Shown one piece after another: positions 1 through 10,480 of a stretch of DNA of 38,653 bases (within the stretch, counting starts at the first letter, position 1; each line of letters begins with the position of its first letter). The position numbers and the translations under genes are program-made. Location: the NCBI GenBank assembly GCA_002256025.1, contig NKIB01015032.1:1-38653 (forward strand). Reading direction: 5' to 3'. The DNA comes from Asterionella formosa. Its lineage: Eukaryota. The notes beneath the pieces were generated by a model, which saw nothing but the letters and a program-made list of their open reading frames with translations, searched no databases and was not told the origin of the DNA.

Positions 1-17
1 TCCGGAGCTGGAAGTCC

Positions 18-1106
18 ATGCTGGATGGTGCAATGGTTGTGGTTCCGGCGGAGGTGGCGGAGATTCCTCTGCAGGAAGAAGGTGTGATTCAGAGGCAGGT
101 GTTGATGAAAAAAATCGCTCACCCGGGCCGCTCTCCAAAAAGTGCTGCTGATTTCGAAGGATTGAAGACTCTTTTTGACCAGTTGCGGCTTCAAGATAGG
201 GCCTGCACCACCAGGATGCTCAGTGTTGAGCTTAAGAGGCAACCTGGGAACGAAAATGTGTCGCTGAAGGCACTTGAAAAACGGATCAAGCGCTGGCTTG
301 CCCGTGAGGACATTGTCATTAGGCGTGTGACTCGTGTCGCCCAAAATACAAGGCTGGATCAGGAGACAATTCAAGATTTTGTTTCCTACGTCAACAATCA
401 AATTGCTGCGTTCGAATTTCCTGCTGGAAACATTGTCAATATTGATGAGACAAACATCAATTTTGACATGTTTGGATCAAAGACTTTGGCAACCCGAGGC
501 GAAAGGACCATTGGGCTTCGAACAACAGGAAATTCGAATCGTTGCACTGTGTTGTTAGGGGTGACAATGAGTGGTGAGAAGTTGCCACCATTCATTGTAT
601 TTACAGGAACAAGGGATGGACGTATTTCCAGGCAATTGGGATTACTAGACAACAATCAACAACTTTTTCCGGTCAGTATTAAATACGCTTGTCAACCCAA
701 AGCTTGGGTTGATACAGACATATTTTTACAATGGATCGAAAAAGTTTGGCAACCATTTGCGTTGGGAAAAGGCGGTGAGCCTACTCACCTTCTTATGGAT
801 GATTTTACTGTCCACAAGGTAGGACGTTGTGTTGATGCAATTAAAAATTGCGGCACTGAGATTGATTTCGTCCTCCCAGGCTACACATCTAGACTTCAAG
901 TGTTGGATGTAGGAGTTAATAAGCCCTTCAAGGACTACATGAGAGGATATTGGGAAGACTACATGGTTGCCAATGTGGATAATCCCAAGGTGCAAAGGCA
1001 CCACATTGCACAATGGGTAGAGATGGCATGGGCTAGAGTCTCAATTCAAACAATCACCAATACCTGGAAGAGCATTGGATATGAGGGCTTTGCTGATGTT
1101 GACTAG
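18..1106 (+). CDS. pogo-family (Tc1/mariner-related) DDE/D transposase, DD35D type; 5' end probably outside the window
   Basis: Catalytic motifs NIDET, LMDDFTVH and LQVLDVGVNKPFK, with 35 residues between D2 and D3. Also RCTVLLGVTMSGEKLPPFIVF and QPKAWVD motifs, and a CENP-B-like HTH end (IKRWLAR..RRVT). The frame is open back to the window start. Confidence 0.93.
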   Translation: MLDGAMVVVPAEVAEIPLQEEGVIQRQVLMKKIAHPGRSPKSAADFEGLKTLFDQLRLQDRACTTRMLSVELKRQPGNENVSLKALEKRIKRWLAREDIVIRRVTRVAQNTRLDQETIQDFVSYVNNQIAAFEFPAGNIVNIDETNINFDMFGSKTLATRGERTIGLRTTGNSNRCTVLLGVTMSGEKLPPFIVFTGTRDGRISRQLGLLDNNQQLFPVSIKYACQPKAWVDTDIFLQWIEKVWQPFALGKGGEPTHLLMDDFTVHKVGRCVDAIKNCGTEIDFVLPGYTSRLQVLDVGVNKPFKDYMRGYWEDYMVANVDNPKVQRHHIAQWVEMAWARVSIQTITNTWKSIGYEGFADVD

Positions 1107-1345
1107 TCAATAAGGATTGGATTATTTGATAATCTATTTTAACATTTAGTTTTAGTGAAACAATCATTATCGTCAATTAGATTCAGGATGGCATTTCCTA
1201 ATAGGCAAATAAATTAAGCTGATGACTACAAAAAACCCAAAACGGAGTGATTCTAATGCTGAAAATGCTAATTTCTAATACTATTATTAACATTCTAGTG
1301 TAGATTGGTTGAAGTATTCAAAGGCTTGTCCAGTTTTCATAACAT

Positions 1346-1738
1346 CTATTCCTGAATCTGGATGTCCTCAAGAAGCCGGAATGAACAAACTCCAAGGTTA
1401 TTGTGGCTTTTTGCCCTTTTGGCAGCATTTTCACTAGAGTCATAGAGTTCAATAACTTGAGCAAACTTGTTGACAAACTTGTCACTTGTTTTCTTCAAAG
1501 CTGCAATATTCTTGCCAAGGAAACCAACCGTGCACAGTTCCGTCCCATCAAGGATCAGAACAGCCTTGATACCTGCCTGATCAACTCCATCAATCGGGAC
1601 CACTGCTGCCTTGAACCGAACACAATCATTCGGCCTCACAATTGCCCCACAGCAGGCATGCTGCTCACAGCTTCTTCCATTGGTGGTACCTCTGAGGCCA
1701 AGGATTTCGCCATCACGAATGTCGTCCGCAATCATCAT
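1346..1738 (-). CDS. 130-aa transposon passenger protein with a GRSCxxHxxCG motif and a HIRAN-like pattern
   Basis: Intact ATG-to-TAG ORF convergent on the transposase and lying inside the putative right terminus. The pattern ILG..VRF..(A)GIKAV..DG..CTVGFLGKNIA resembles the HIRAN beta-strand signature (by eye). Confidence 0.7.
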   Translation of the reverse strand: MMIADDIRDGEILGLRGTTNGRSCEQHACCGAIVRPNDCVRFKAAVVPIDGVDQAGIKAVLILDGTELCTVGFLGKNIAALKKTSDKFVNKFAQVIELYDSSENAAKRAKSHNNLGVCSFRLLEDIQIQE

Positions 1739-2347
1739 GTTGCCAACCGGTATATGTGACGATATTTTACAGGTGATGATACTTTACCGGAAACAGTAGG
1801 GTACCGGTAATATACGAAAATACATACTAATAAATAGAATACGTTTATGTTGTGTTATTTTTTCTGTACACAGGAAATATTTGGGAGTGTTGCGCCAGAT
1901 GTACAAAGGGGGGTACAGGTATCTGGGGGGATACGAGACACCAGGTTTTACGGTACGCCAGTATACCAGACCAGGTCCAGCGAAGCTAATCATATTTAGC
2001 ACAAACAATATGTGCACACTCGCTCCCCCTTTGCTACATGCACACGTATGTACCGGTAATCATATTGCTGGTACACACTACACCTGGTAGAGTCTGTCGA
2101 ACAAAATAATTTGTTTTCTATTTAAATGTTGACAGATGGAAAGGAGGTGGATTTGTCTCATCCCAAGCGTTTCATTGCCATTCTTACAATATCATCTCTA
2201 TCATCAGTAGTAGTAGTGTTTGTCTGTATATATGAGAGATCTATTCGAAGGAGGCATTGCTCATTGATACTGATAAACTGATTTGACAGGCTCCAATTCA
2301 ACAGATCCGTCATCACTTTTTGGATTCCATTGAAACCAAACAACAAA

Positions 2348-4237
2348 ATGTCGAGACGAGACAAAACGGCGATAGTTGTATCCTTCATGGCTGGCGCAGC
2401 AACGGCAGCATCGTTGATTGTTTGGTTCCTGGGGAAGCGAGACTCAAGTGGTGCCATTGACAAGCAACAAAAGCAGAAGCAGCCAACAGAACAACAGCAA
2501 AATTGGATGGAACCTCTTCTTAGCATGAATGTTGGCGAACTCAAAAATTCTCGAATAGGAGAACTGCCTGACATTTCTCGGTCCAACATGAGATGGCCAT
2601 GGGAGAAGATGCGACAACCAGTGAAGGAACCAAAACAGACTAGTAGTGAAACAGACCACGAGAATCCTATGTTTAAGTCACCTGTCAAGCCTCAGGAAAA
2701 GACTGGACTTTGTATCGGGAGCATCTTTGGATTGGACGTTGGGGGGACACTGGCGAAACTGGTGTATTTTGAGGAACGACAACTAGAAGGATCGGTGCAT
2801 AACGACACTTCGGAGCACGATCCAATTCCTACTGTCCGACGACGAACATCCACAGATGACATTTGGGACATTCGAAAATCAGAACCTCCTCGTGATACAG
2901 AGGTCTTAATGCACGACTATAAACGTCATCAATCCATGCCACCCATTCTTGTTGGTGGTGGTGAGTCGAATCAAACCATGTTTGAGTTGTCCAAATCTCA
3001 TGCAGAAGCTCTTGGACAATTTTACCACTTTGCTCGAACGTTTGATTCCTCGCAAAGTGGATTGAAGGACTCGCATTTATCGTTCTATTCAAGAGAATTG
3101 GGAGGAGACTTTCACTTTATCAGATTCGAGACACAAGACATGGTAACTGCCATGGATTTAATCCGGAATCACAACTTGCATTTGAACATTAGAGAAATGG
3201 GGGCTACAGGTGGTGGGGCACACAAATTTGCTAATGTGTGGGAACGAGTATTGGGAATCGAAATGATGAAGCAAGAAGAATTAGATTCTTTGGTGGCTGG
3301 GATGCAGTTTGTCCTAAGTACTGTTGTCGGCGAATGCTATACCTTCCGACCGAGAATACGAGACTGTGCTATGCCTCCATCAAATGCGCAACCATCAGAT
3401 CATGCATCAGATGGCACAAGTCAACAAAAAGCAGAAGAAAATTCTGATCACGATGCGGAAGTCAAAGATGAATATCAAGGTGACGACTGGTGGTGGTCGA
3501 GAAAGGTGCAGCGAGATGTGGTGTCAGTTTCGGAAACGTATCCCTACCTTTTGGTTAATATTGGAACTGGAGTTAGCATTCTTCGCGTGGATGGACCGCG
3601 GGAGCATGAGCGCATTTCTGGTTCCACCATTGGAGGTGGTACATACTGGGGGCTGATTCGGTTATTGACTGACATTGACGACTTTGAGGCAGTTATGAAA
3701 TTGGCAGAGCGAGGTGACCCGTCCAAGGTGGACATGATGGTAGGAGATATTTATGGCAAGAATAGTGATGCTCTGGAAAAAATTGGGTTGCCGTCCAATC
3801 TTGTTGCTTCTTCGTTTGGAAAATTGGTAGCAAAGCGGGATCCAGCTGTAGGTTTGAAACAAGAAGATTTGGCTAGAGCCCTTCTTCTTATGGTGACCAA
3901 TAACATTGGTCAAGTTGCCTACCTCAATGCAAAGCTGCACAAGACGCCACGAATCTATTTTATCGGTAACTTTCTCCGCGGGAACAAACTATCGCAGCGA
4001 CGATTGTCCTATGCCATAAACTACTGGTCAAAGGGAGAAATGGAGGCCCTATTCTTGGAGCACGAAGGTTATTTTGGAGCGCTTGGTGCTTTTCTTCTGT
4101 CCCAAGGAATTTCTCATAGCGAGAATGGGTTCTTTCAATGGGACAAGTGCCAACAAGCGCCGAGGGATTCATCACCCACCACAACACCTGATGAGGCAGC
4201 CATAAGGAAACATCGAAGGAGCAAAACAACAGGTTAG
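2348..4237 (+). CDS. PANK: Type II (eukaryotic, fumble-like) pantothenate kinase with an N-terminal hydrophobic anchor
   Basis: Motifs GLDVGGTLAKLVYF, ATGGGAHKF, YPYLLVNIGTGVSIL, GSTIGGGTYWGL, VDMMVGDIYG, ASSFGK and FLEHEGYFGALGA. First ATG at 2348 (the ORF track starts at TTG 2330). Confidence 0.95.
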   Translation: MSRRDKTAIVVSFMAGAATAASLIVWFLGKRDSSGAIDKQQKQKQPTEQQQNWMEPLLSMNVGELKNSRIGELPDISRSNMRWPWEKMRQPVKEPKQTSSETDHENPMFKSPVKPQEKTGLCIGSIFGLDVGGTLAKLVYFEERQLEGSVHNDTSEHDPIPTVRRRTSTDDIWDIRKSEPPRDTEVLMHDYKRHQSMPPILVGGGESNQTMFELSKSHAEALGQFYHFARTFDSSQSGLKDSHLSFYSRELGGDFHFIRFETQDMVTAMDLIRNHNLHLNIREMGATGGGAHKFANVWERVLGIEMMKQEELDSLVAGMQFVLSTVVGECYTFRPRIRDCAMPPSNAQPSDHASDGTSQQKAEENSDHDAEVKDEYQGDDWWWSRKVQRDVVSVSETYPYLLVNIGTGVSILRVDGPREHERISGSTIGGGTYWGLIRLLTDIDDFEAVMKLAERGDPSKVDMMVGDIYGKNSDALEKIGLPSNLVASSFGKLVAKRDPAVGLKQEDLARALLLMVTNNIGQVAYLNAKLHKTPRIYFIGNFLRGNKLSQRRLSYAINYWSKGEMEALFLEHEGYFGALGAFLLSQGISHSENGFFQWDKCQQAPRDSSPTTTPDEAAIRKHRRSKTTG

Positions 4238-5219
4238 ACATGTTGGTACTCCCTGTCGCCTCTCAGAGAAAGCCATAAAGGCAAAGTTTTTGGTTACCTT
4301 GCACTCTTATCTCTGGTTACTGGAATAAACAGAGTGCAAACAGCAGTAGGGCATTTTTCTTTGGCTATCAAGAGTTATCACGTTTGTGCTCAGTAATACC
4401 TCTCACGAACCAAATCATGATCATGATGCCTATAGAAAACCATACCATGTTGTTCATAGGATATTTAACGCCTGCTATCAATTTTTACTTCTTTACAATT
4501 TAATTTTTTTTCTAGTCCACATACCGATCATACCACCAGGACGTTTAAGCAGTCTACCTGTACTTGGTAACATATGGAGTCATAGCTTACCGGTATCTCA
4601 TGTCAAGTGAGTTCAGTTTCAAGTTTGGAGTGGTCTCCATGTAATAGAGTCTCGAACTATTCTTTATTGGTGGGAGGATCCATTTGTAGCACCACACTCC
4701 AGCATTATACATAACGTTTCTGTGCACCTTGTTTCTTCCTTTGATCCATCAAGTCTCCTGTTGCTATTGTTGCTACATACATATATGTACCTGTAGGCTA
4801 GAAAGAGAGATCTACTATAGAGTATGGTTTTCATTTGGTACCTGGTAATGGTACCAGTACCCCCCCCCCTAAACTTCGGCCGCTTGTGATCGCTAGGATC
4901 CGAGGCTTCAGAACACACAAATACGATAGTCGTCATGGGAATAAATATTTACCGGTACCGGTATGTACGTGTGCTACATTTGAACCTCGAAATGGAATCT
5001 ATGTACTCAGCTAGGTGCCAATTTCCGCTGATTTAAATATTTCAAATGGAATCATTGTTATTCGCTCATAATTAGTACATAAACATTCCCAGTTCCAGGG
5101 AATTTCAGCAACCCTAAGCAATATACTTAAATTGATTTTTGCCTAGGGTTTCAAATGCATGAACCTTAAAGAAAATTATAATAGCCCACGTATAAATGGT
5201 AAAAAATCTTATCCTTATC

Positions 5220-5580
5220 CCTATAGCAGCAAGCAATATTGCTCCGATTTGTCTGCTTTGATCAACTCACCATGCTGCTCAATATCACTGCCATTTCTTG
5301 TGCAAAAGTGATTCCCCCAAAGGCTTTTTGAATTGTTTGTCTAATCATGAGTAGGATGCTTTTGCTGAGTCACTTTTCACATGATATTATGGCCACCATC
5401 CTCAGTAATAAGTCTGCTAGCTGTTCATGGCATTTTGTGGTTGTTAGTCAATATATTCAGAGAATATCTTCATGAAAAGTACTCTGCTGACGCTGACATA
5501 CAATTAAATACAAAAAGTTTGATAAAGTCATTTAGCTTCACTAATATGAAGCGCTTCTTTGAAGACTACTCATTTGCTAG
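5220..5580 (-). pseudogene. Decayed ORF of unknown family, probably TE-derived
   Basis: One minus frame reads ...SSKKRFILVKLNDFIKLFVFNCMSASAEYFS*RYSLNILTNNHKMP*TASRLITEDGGHNIM*KVTQQK..., broken by isolated TGA/TAG stops in a CpG-poor context. Confidence 0.3.
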
Positions 5581-5699
5581 AGGGGTAGACCGCGTAGCAC
5601 TTCCTGGCACTGCCAGCCCTGATGTTCGTGTACATATACTTATTTACTATCCTAGGATCATCCCAACAAATGTGGTGACTTTGAGCGCTGGTGCGCGGG

Positions 5700-5784
5700 G
5701 ATCAGTACCGCTTTTAATCGTATGTAAGGTACAATGGGAACCTGTCTTTTTAATTTATTAGCCGCACGAACCCCGGAACCCTAG
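5700..5784 (-). repeat. Dispersed repeat, copy A (inverted)
   Basis: The reverse complement CTAGGGTTCCGGGG..GGCT..AAAAGACAGG..GGTACT aligns to the copies at 8759 and 9401. Confidence 0.7.
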
Positions 5785-8541
5785 GGAAATGATGAGTTAT
5801 TCCATCTGGATGTTGTTGCTCAGTCCCAAGTCGCATTAGGTAGTACTGATGAAACATCATTCCCTCTAGCATACATCCCTTTGTCTGCAAATAAAAACCA
5901 TCATATTCCAATGATGCATCATAGGATCATGATCATCTGATCATTATTTTTCTTTATATCAACTAATAATTTTGATAAATGCCCTCGTAGTTTAAATAGT
6001 AACCCTTTTGAATATGGAAATGAAATTATTATAAGTATTGTTTCTTTCAGGTTCCTTTATTAAATTTCTTGGTAGGATAATGTACCAGTTAAAGTAATGT
6101 GGTTTGGCTCATCATCCTTGCCAGTCCTCACTCTGATTCTTGCAACAACGACAAAGCGGCCATGTTGAGAGGAACAAGCAGTGTCTGTGATAAAATCTTC
6201 ATTTGTCGTTCAAGTCATCATATCTCTTCTAAGAATCATTGTCTACATTGCACAGTATGTTTGTATGCAATCTGTTAAGAGCATGAAAAGAAATCCAATG
6301 AAAACCAAATGGCACGCACATCACAACACACAAGACGAATATTTCCGATCTATCACCAGAGCATCACTCAGTGTTACAACCTCAATCATAGCTAAACACC
6401 ATCCATTATAGAACAGCACAATCTACTTCTCTGTAGTAACATCGTCTCTCTAACAAGAACGTAATACATCTAGAATTGAAACGCAGCATAGCAGGCGATA
6501 TGCACAAAGAAGCATCGCCCAGACTGTCCATTTATAGTAACAGAGTGATTCTGGTTTCGTAATTTTCATGTCCCATTAGTTTTCTTTTGTCATCGTTCTA
6601 GTTCCTTACCTTTGAAGACAGGAGCCTATTCTTCGATGTATCTGGAATTTTTCAATAGATGGCAGTAGTTGGATTTAGACACAAACCTCGACAAAAGCAG
6701 CCACTACTTTGTAGATGTTCATGAAAAGCGAGACACTTTGGCTTATCGAACACCAGCCAGTCTATACTGCAAAAATGCAAGAAGCACAAGTTTAATGCCC
6801 ATTTATGGATTCAATATTAGAAACGGGAAGTCACATTTCATCTAATTACGGTTTTCATTAGCTATACTAGCTAGTATGGATTGAGAGGAAGCAATGGTAG
6901 AATGACTGCCAAATGGGCGGGTGCAAACACAGAGAAGCCTACAGCCGCCATGATCTGTTGATTGTTGCTGTATGGTGCCACTGACCGAGACCTCCAGAAA
7001 TCGCAATTAGTTGCTTGTTTCTTGACTTGAATGCAAAAGGGATCAAAACCAGTGGATAAATCAAAAGGGAAATAGCTAAAAATGCTCTGCAAACATCAGG
7101 ACAATTGTGAAAGAGAAATGAAGGTTCTTGGGAGGAGAAGTAAAGGGATAACTGCTTCTGGTCTTGCGGGAACAAGAATGGATTGACCAAAGCAATGTTG
7201 ACAAAAAGGTACCTACTATGGAAAAGGAAGCAAAGCTTTCAGCATCATCAATCTATACACAAGCTTGCGCCACCTGATGTCGTCAATATAGCTACCTCGA
7301 ATTCATCAATGAAGAAGTGAATGGGTGGAGCATGTGAGGAAAATCGGGGTTGAGGTTTTCTTGACGCTAACATGCTTGGCTGAACTTGCAGATGAAGGCA
7401 TTGAAAAACCTGGGCCTGTGAAGCCAAAGGATAAAGAAAAATCTATGACAAGGGTGGTGAGATAGTGTTTAGGAGGGGGGAGCACAAGTTATCATAGCTG
7501 AACGCATTCGAAACTTGTATAGACAATAAATGGTGACATGCCATGGCTGCTCTTGGCTGACAGCTGCCAAGTCAAGTACAAACACAACAAGCAAGGGTGC
7601 ACAAAAGACAGTCCAATTTTAATCGACTGGCTGATACTTACTAGTTGTGAGACTCACCATTCTGAAATAGGATGGACTTTGATCATTGCTTCGTTCAAAG
7701 CACAATCAATTCAAATGCTGTCCAGTGAAACAGCCACCAATGACAACAATGGTGGCGAAGAAACGCAGAACAGATCAAGAGATTTCATAAGAATTAAAAT
7801 AACAGGGCATATAGTATGGTGCACTGCTCCTTATGTAGACTATATTTGATCATTTCCATATTTCATATCATACAGATGTATGGATGGAGTCATGTATGCA
7901 TGTATGCTGCGATAATTCTTACAAGACATAAAAATTTGGTAGCTTGGGGGTCATCACTTCCGTACTGTATACAGGGGGAAAGGGGTTGCATGCATGAGCA
8001 ACTACTTCGGTATAACAAACTATGATCATCTTTAATCAATAAATTTTGATTCATTTATCCTATACCTTTGAGCAATCAGGATTATTTGATCTTAAAAATA
8101 TGATCAAATGATCCTAAACACATGAGGATATTCAGTTTTCGCTGCACTATTTTGGTATTTCCATGATAGAAGTAATTCCCAGCAAGTATACAGTTCTACC
8201 GGTAGACCATATGAATTTTGGTCAATGTGTCTATATACATAAATGAATGATTTAATCATTTGAAAAATTGGTGATGACTCCCGTTTATTAAGGGGCTTGA
8301 TTAAATCAGCCACTGACTTGTACTTAAAAGAATTGACACAAAACAAATTGAAAAAATTCAACAGGTCGTGGAAAACTATGAACTCATCATGCATTGTATA
8401 TATTTGAATTATGTAGAATCAAAATTGATATTAGTATACACAGGATTTGCCGTATAATGAGAGTGTTTAAAACTATGCAAATGTTCAACTATATATACAT
8501 TTATATTTACAAATCTTTATATTAATGAAACACCAAATTTC

Positions 8542-8589
8542 TCTTCCTATCTAAACGTATTCTAGTCTTCCTATCTAAACGAATTCTAG
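8542..8589 (+). repeat. 24-bp tandem duplication
   Basis: TCTTCCTATCTAAACGTATTCTAG followed by TCTTCCTATCTAAACGAATTCTAG (1 mismatch). Confidence 0.9.
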
Positions 8590-8758
8590 TAAGTAGGAAG
8601 CTTGGCAGCTGTTGACGATATTGCATATACTTTTAAATGCATACAGATTTGTATACTTCTGTCCTTTCTTTGATAAGATTGATCTGGAAACATCTTATTG
8701 AGATACTTTATCAATCGATGGAGGATTGCTTAGTTGGTTAGCACGCCTTCATAGTAGG

Positions 8759-8880
8759 TGGGGTTCCAGGGGGTGTGGCTACTAATGGAAAGACAGGTCC
8801 TGTTGTACTGTATGGATGAATAAAACCGGTACTAATCGTTTCCATTTATTTGGAACCAAGTGCGATTATTGGAAAGCTTT
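8759..8880 (+). repeat. Dispersed repeat, copy B
   Basis: GGGTTCCAGGGGGTGTGGCT..GAAAGACAGGTCCTGTTGTAC..GGATGAATAAAACCGGTACTAAT..CCAAGTGC..TATTGGAAAGCTTT, colinear with 9401-9522. Confidence 0.85.
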
Positions 8881-9400
8881 ACTTTATTTATGTAATCATC
8901 ATTTTTATAGCGCATTCTTAATATCTAATTCTAGAGTTGCCGTTGTTGCGCTCCATGTCCCATTTAGGTGGAGCGGTGAATAGGTTTGGGTTGTAGTCAC
9001 TTTCTTGTGTGGATGTAGTTAAAAAATTGTGGTAGCTTTGCTCTTGGTTGATTTCTCTATGACTGCACTTTTCATGTCAGCCGGAGAATGGGATAGAGAG
9101 TGTGGATTGGGTTAATGATTTCTATTGCCCCACCTCTGTCTATTGGTTCAATTTGAATTATCCGTAACAATTGTTGCTTCATGAGGCTTCCAACTCTTTG
9201 GTTCTTTGTCTTTGTCTTCATTGTTTTGGTGATCAAAAAATTATTGCTTTGATCAGCGCATCCAGCTCTGGCGCAAGTTACTCATCAGTTACTTCCATTC
9301 TTGTTCTTCTTCAGGGGAATGGCTCAAAGGTTAGCACATCCTTCTGCGGTGGCGACTTCGATTCCTGCAATCTCCATGTGTCATTTTTATGTAGTCCCTA

Positions 9401-9522
9401 CTAGGGTTCCGGGGGGTGAGGCTGACGAAAAGACAGGTCCTGTTATAGCATACGGATGAATAGGACCGGTACTAATTGTGTACATTATGTATTTTCCCAA
9501 GTGCAAATATTGGATAGCTTTA
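9401..9522 (+). repeat. Dispersed repeat, copy C
   Basis: CTAGGGTTCCGGGGGGTGAGGCT..AAAAGACAGGTCCTGTTATAG..GGATGAATAGGACCGGTACTAAT..CCAAGTGC..TATTGGATAGCTTT. Confidence 0.85.
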
Positions 9523-9999
9523 ATGTGCTATAAAATTAAATTCAAATTTTATTCTTGTATTCTTCTTCTTGTACTGTAGTAGCGCTCACTGTTGTGAAAA
9601 AGAGTTTAAACTTCAGTCACCATTATTAACTGCTCCTGCATTAATTTTGTCTTCTTTTCCATATCTTCCTCTTTCTGCAATCTATTTCTATCGGCTTTTG
9701 TTATTATCATACAGTTCTGTCCCCCATGAATGATTTTTTCTTTCTTTGCTTGGCTGGCCGCTTGTATAGCGCCTTTTGTCATGGTGAATCGGTCGCTTTT
9801 AGGAATAGTTAAGTATCAGGACCCAGAGGTCCCTGTTGCTTGAATACCACTAAATTCTGTGATCAGCGCTGTGGTACTGTGCTAGTTATGCACAGGCACG
9901 GCAGGGAACAATGCAAGCAGGTCATGCACCATAAATATTTGATCATCACACCTCACCTGAATTGTCATTGTTGTTGTCCAGCCATCATGTTGTCATCTT

Positions 10000-10480
10000 G
10001 TTTGTATTGTTTGATGTCTCACAACATCAGACCGGTTGGTTTTTCGGTTTAGGTAGTAGCAGCTTGGAGGTGAGGGAGTGAATTGTTCCTGTTGTCCCTT
10101 GTGTGGCAAACAAACTGAGGTACCCCCTAACTTAAGTGATGACCAGCAAACCGGATATTGAAGCACTTCTTTGTCCACCAGAATCTCACTCCAGTTTTCC
10201 ATTTTCATACATCCTCTTTCTTGCGGAAGCAGCTATAATAATACAAGGAATGGGTTGTTTGCAAGAAAAGTGGCATAATGAAAGTCCAAGAAACATCCTT
10301 CAAAGGCTGACATTGGCAATCTGACAAGGAAATGATTGGCGAAAATTTCAAGCAATTATCAACTGAGCAGCAGGGACAGGGGAAGCAACAAACAGTTAGT
10401 TCAATGGACAGCTGAAGTGCTGATAGAGGTGTGGCAAATTGCGATTCACAAATGAATTGTTAGGAGATAAAAGAATTTTT
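10000..10480 (+). pseudogene. Relic of the C-terminal part of a non-LTR retrotransposon ORF2
   Basis: Ordered, frameshifted motifs LMSHNIRPVG, CPLCGKQTE (10093), DWRKFQ and WTAEVLIEVWQIAIHK*IVR (10405). They resemble the zinc-knuckle and Trp-rich tail of LINE RT proteins. Confidence 0.45.

Larger units (their letters stand above)
1..1955 (+). mobile_element. pogo-type DNA transposon, right part including the terminus
   Basis: Ends ...CCAGGTTTTACGG (1953) followed by TA (1954-1955). The reverse complement TA|CCGTAAAACC fits a pogo-type end with a TA target duplication. A diverged copy of the same end occurs at about 14653-14805. Confidence 0.7.

Noticed and set aside
2158..2688. 176-aa minus-strand ORF, and similar shadow ORFs such as 37388-37984, 22788-23243, 11886-12284 and 1403-1759
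   Set aside because: Antisense or alternative-frame shadows of well-supported genes, with no motifs.
5577..5625. Possible Helitron 3' end on the minus strand (CTGGCAGTGCCAG hairpin followed by CTAG)
   Set aside because: The hairpin is too far from the CTAG, the next base is not T, and no 5' TC end or Rep/helicase relic was found.
5381..5761. 126-aa plus-strand ORF
   Set aside because: Runs across a relic/repeat junction and has no recognisable motif; likely fortuitous.
8724..8775. tRNA-like stretch TTGCTTAGTTGGTTAGCACGCC..GGGTTCCA
   Set aside because: No cloverleaf can be formed, and the apparent B-box belongs to the dispersed TAGGGTTCC repeat.
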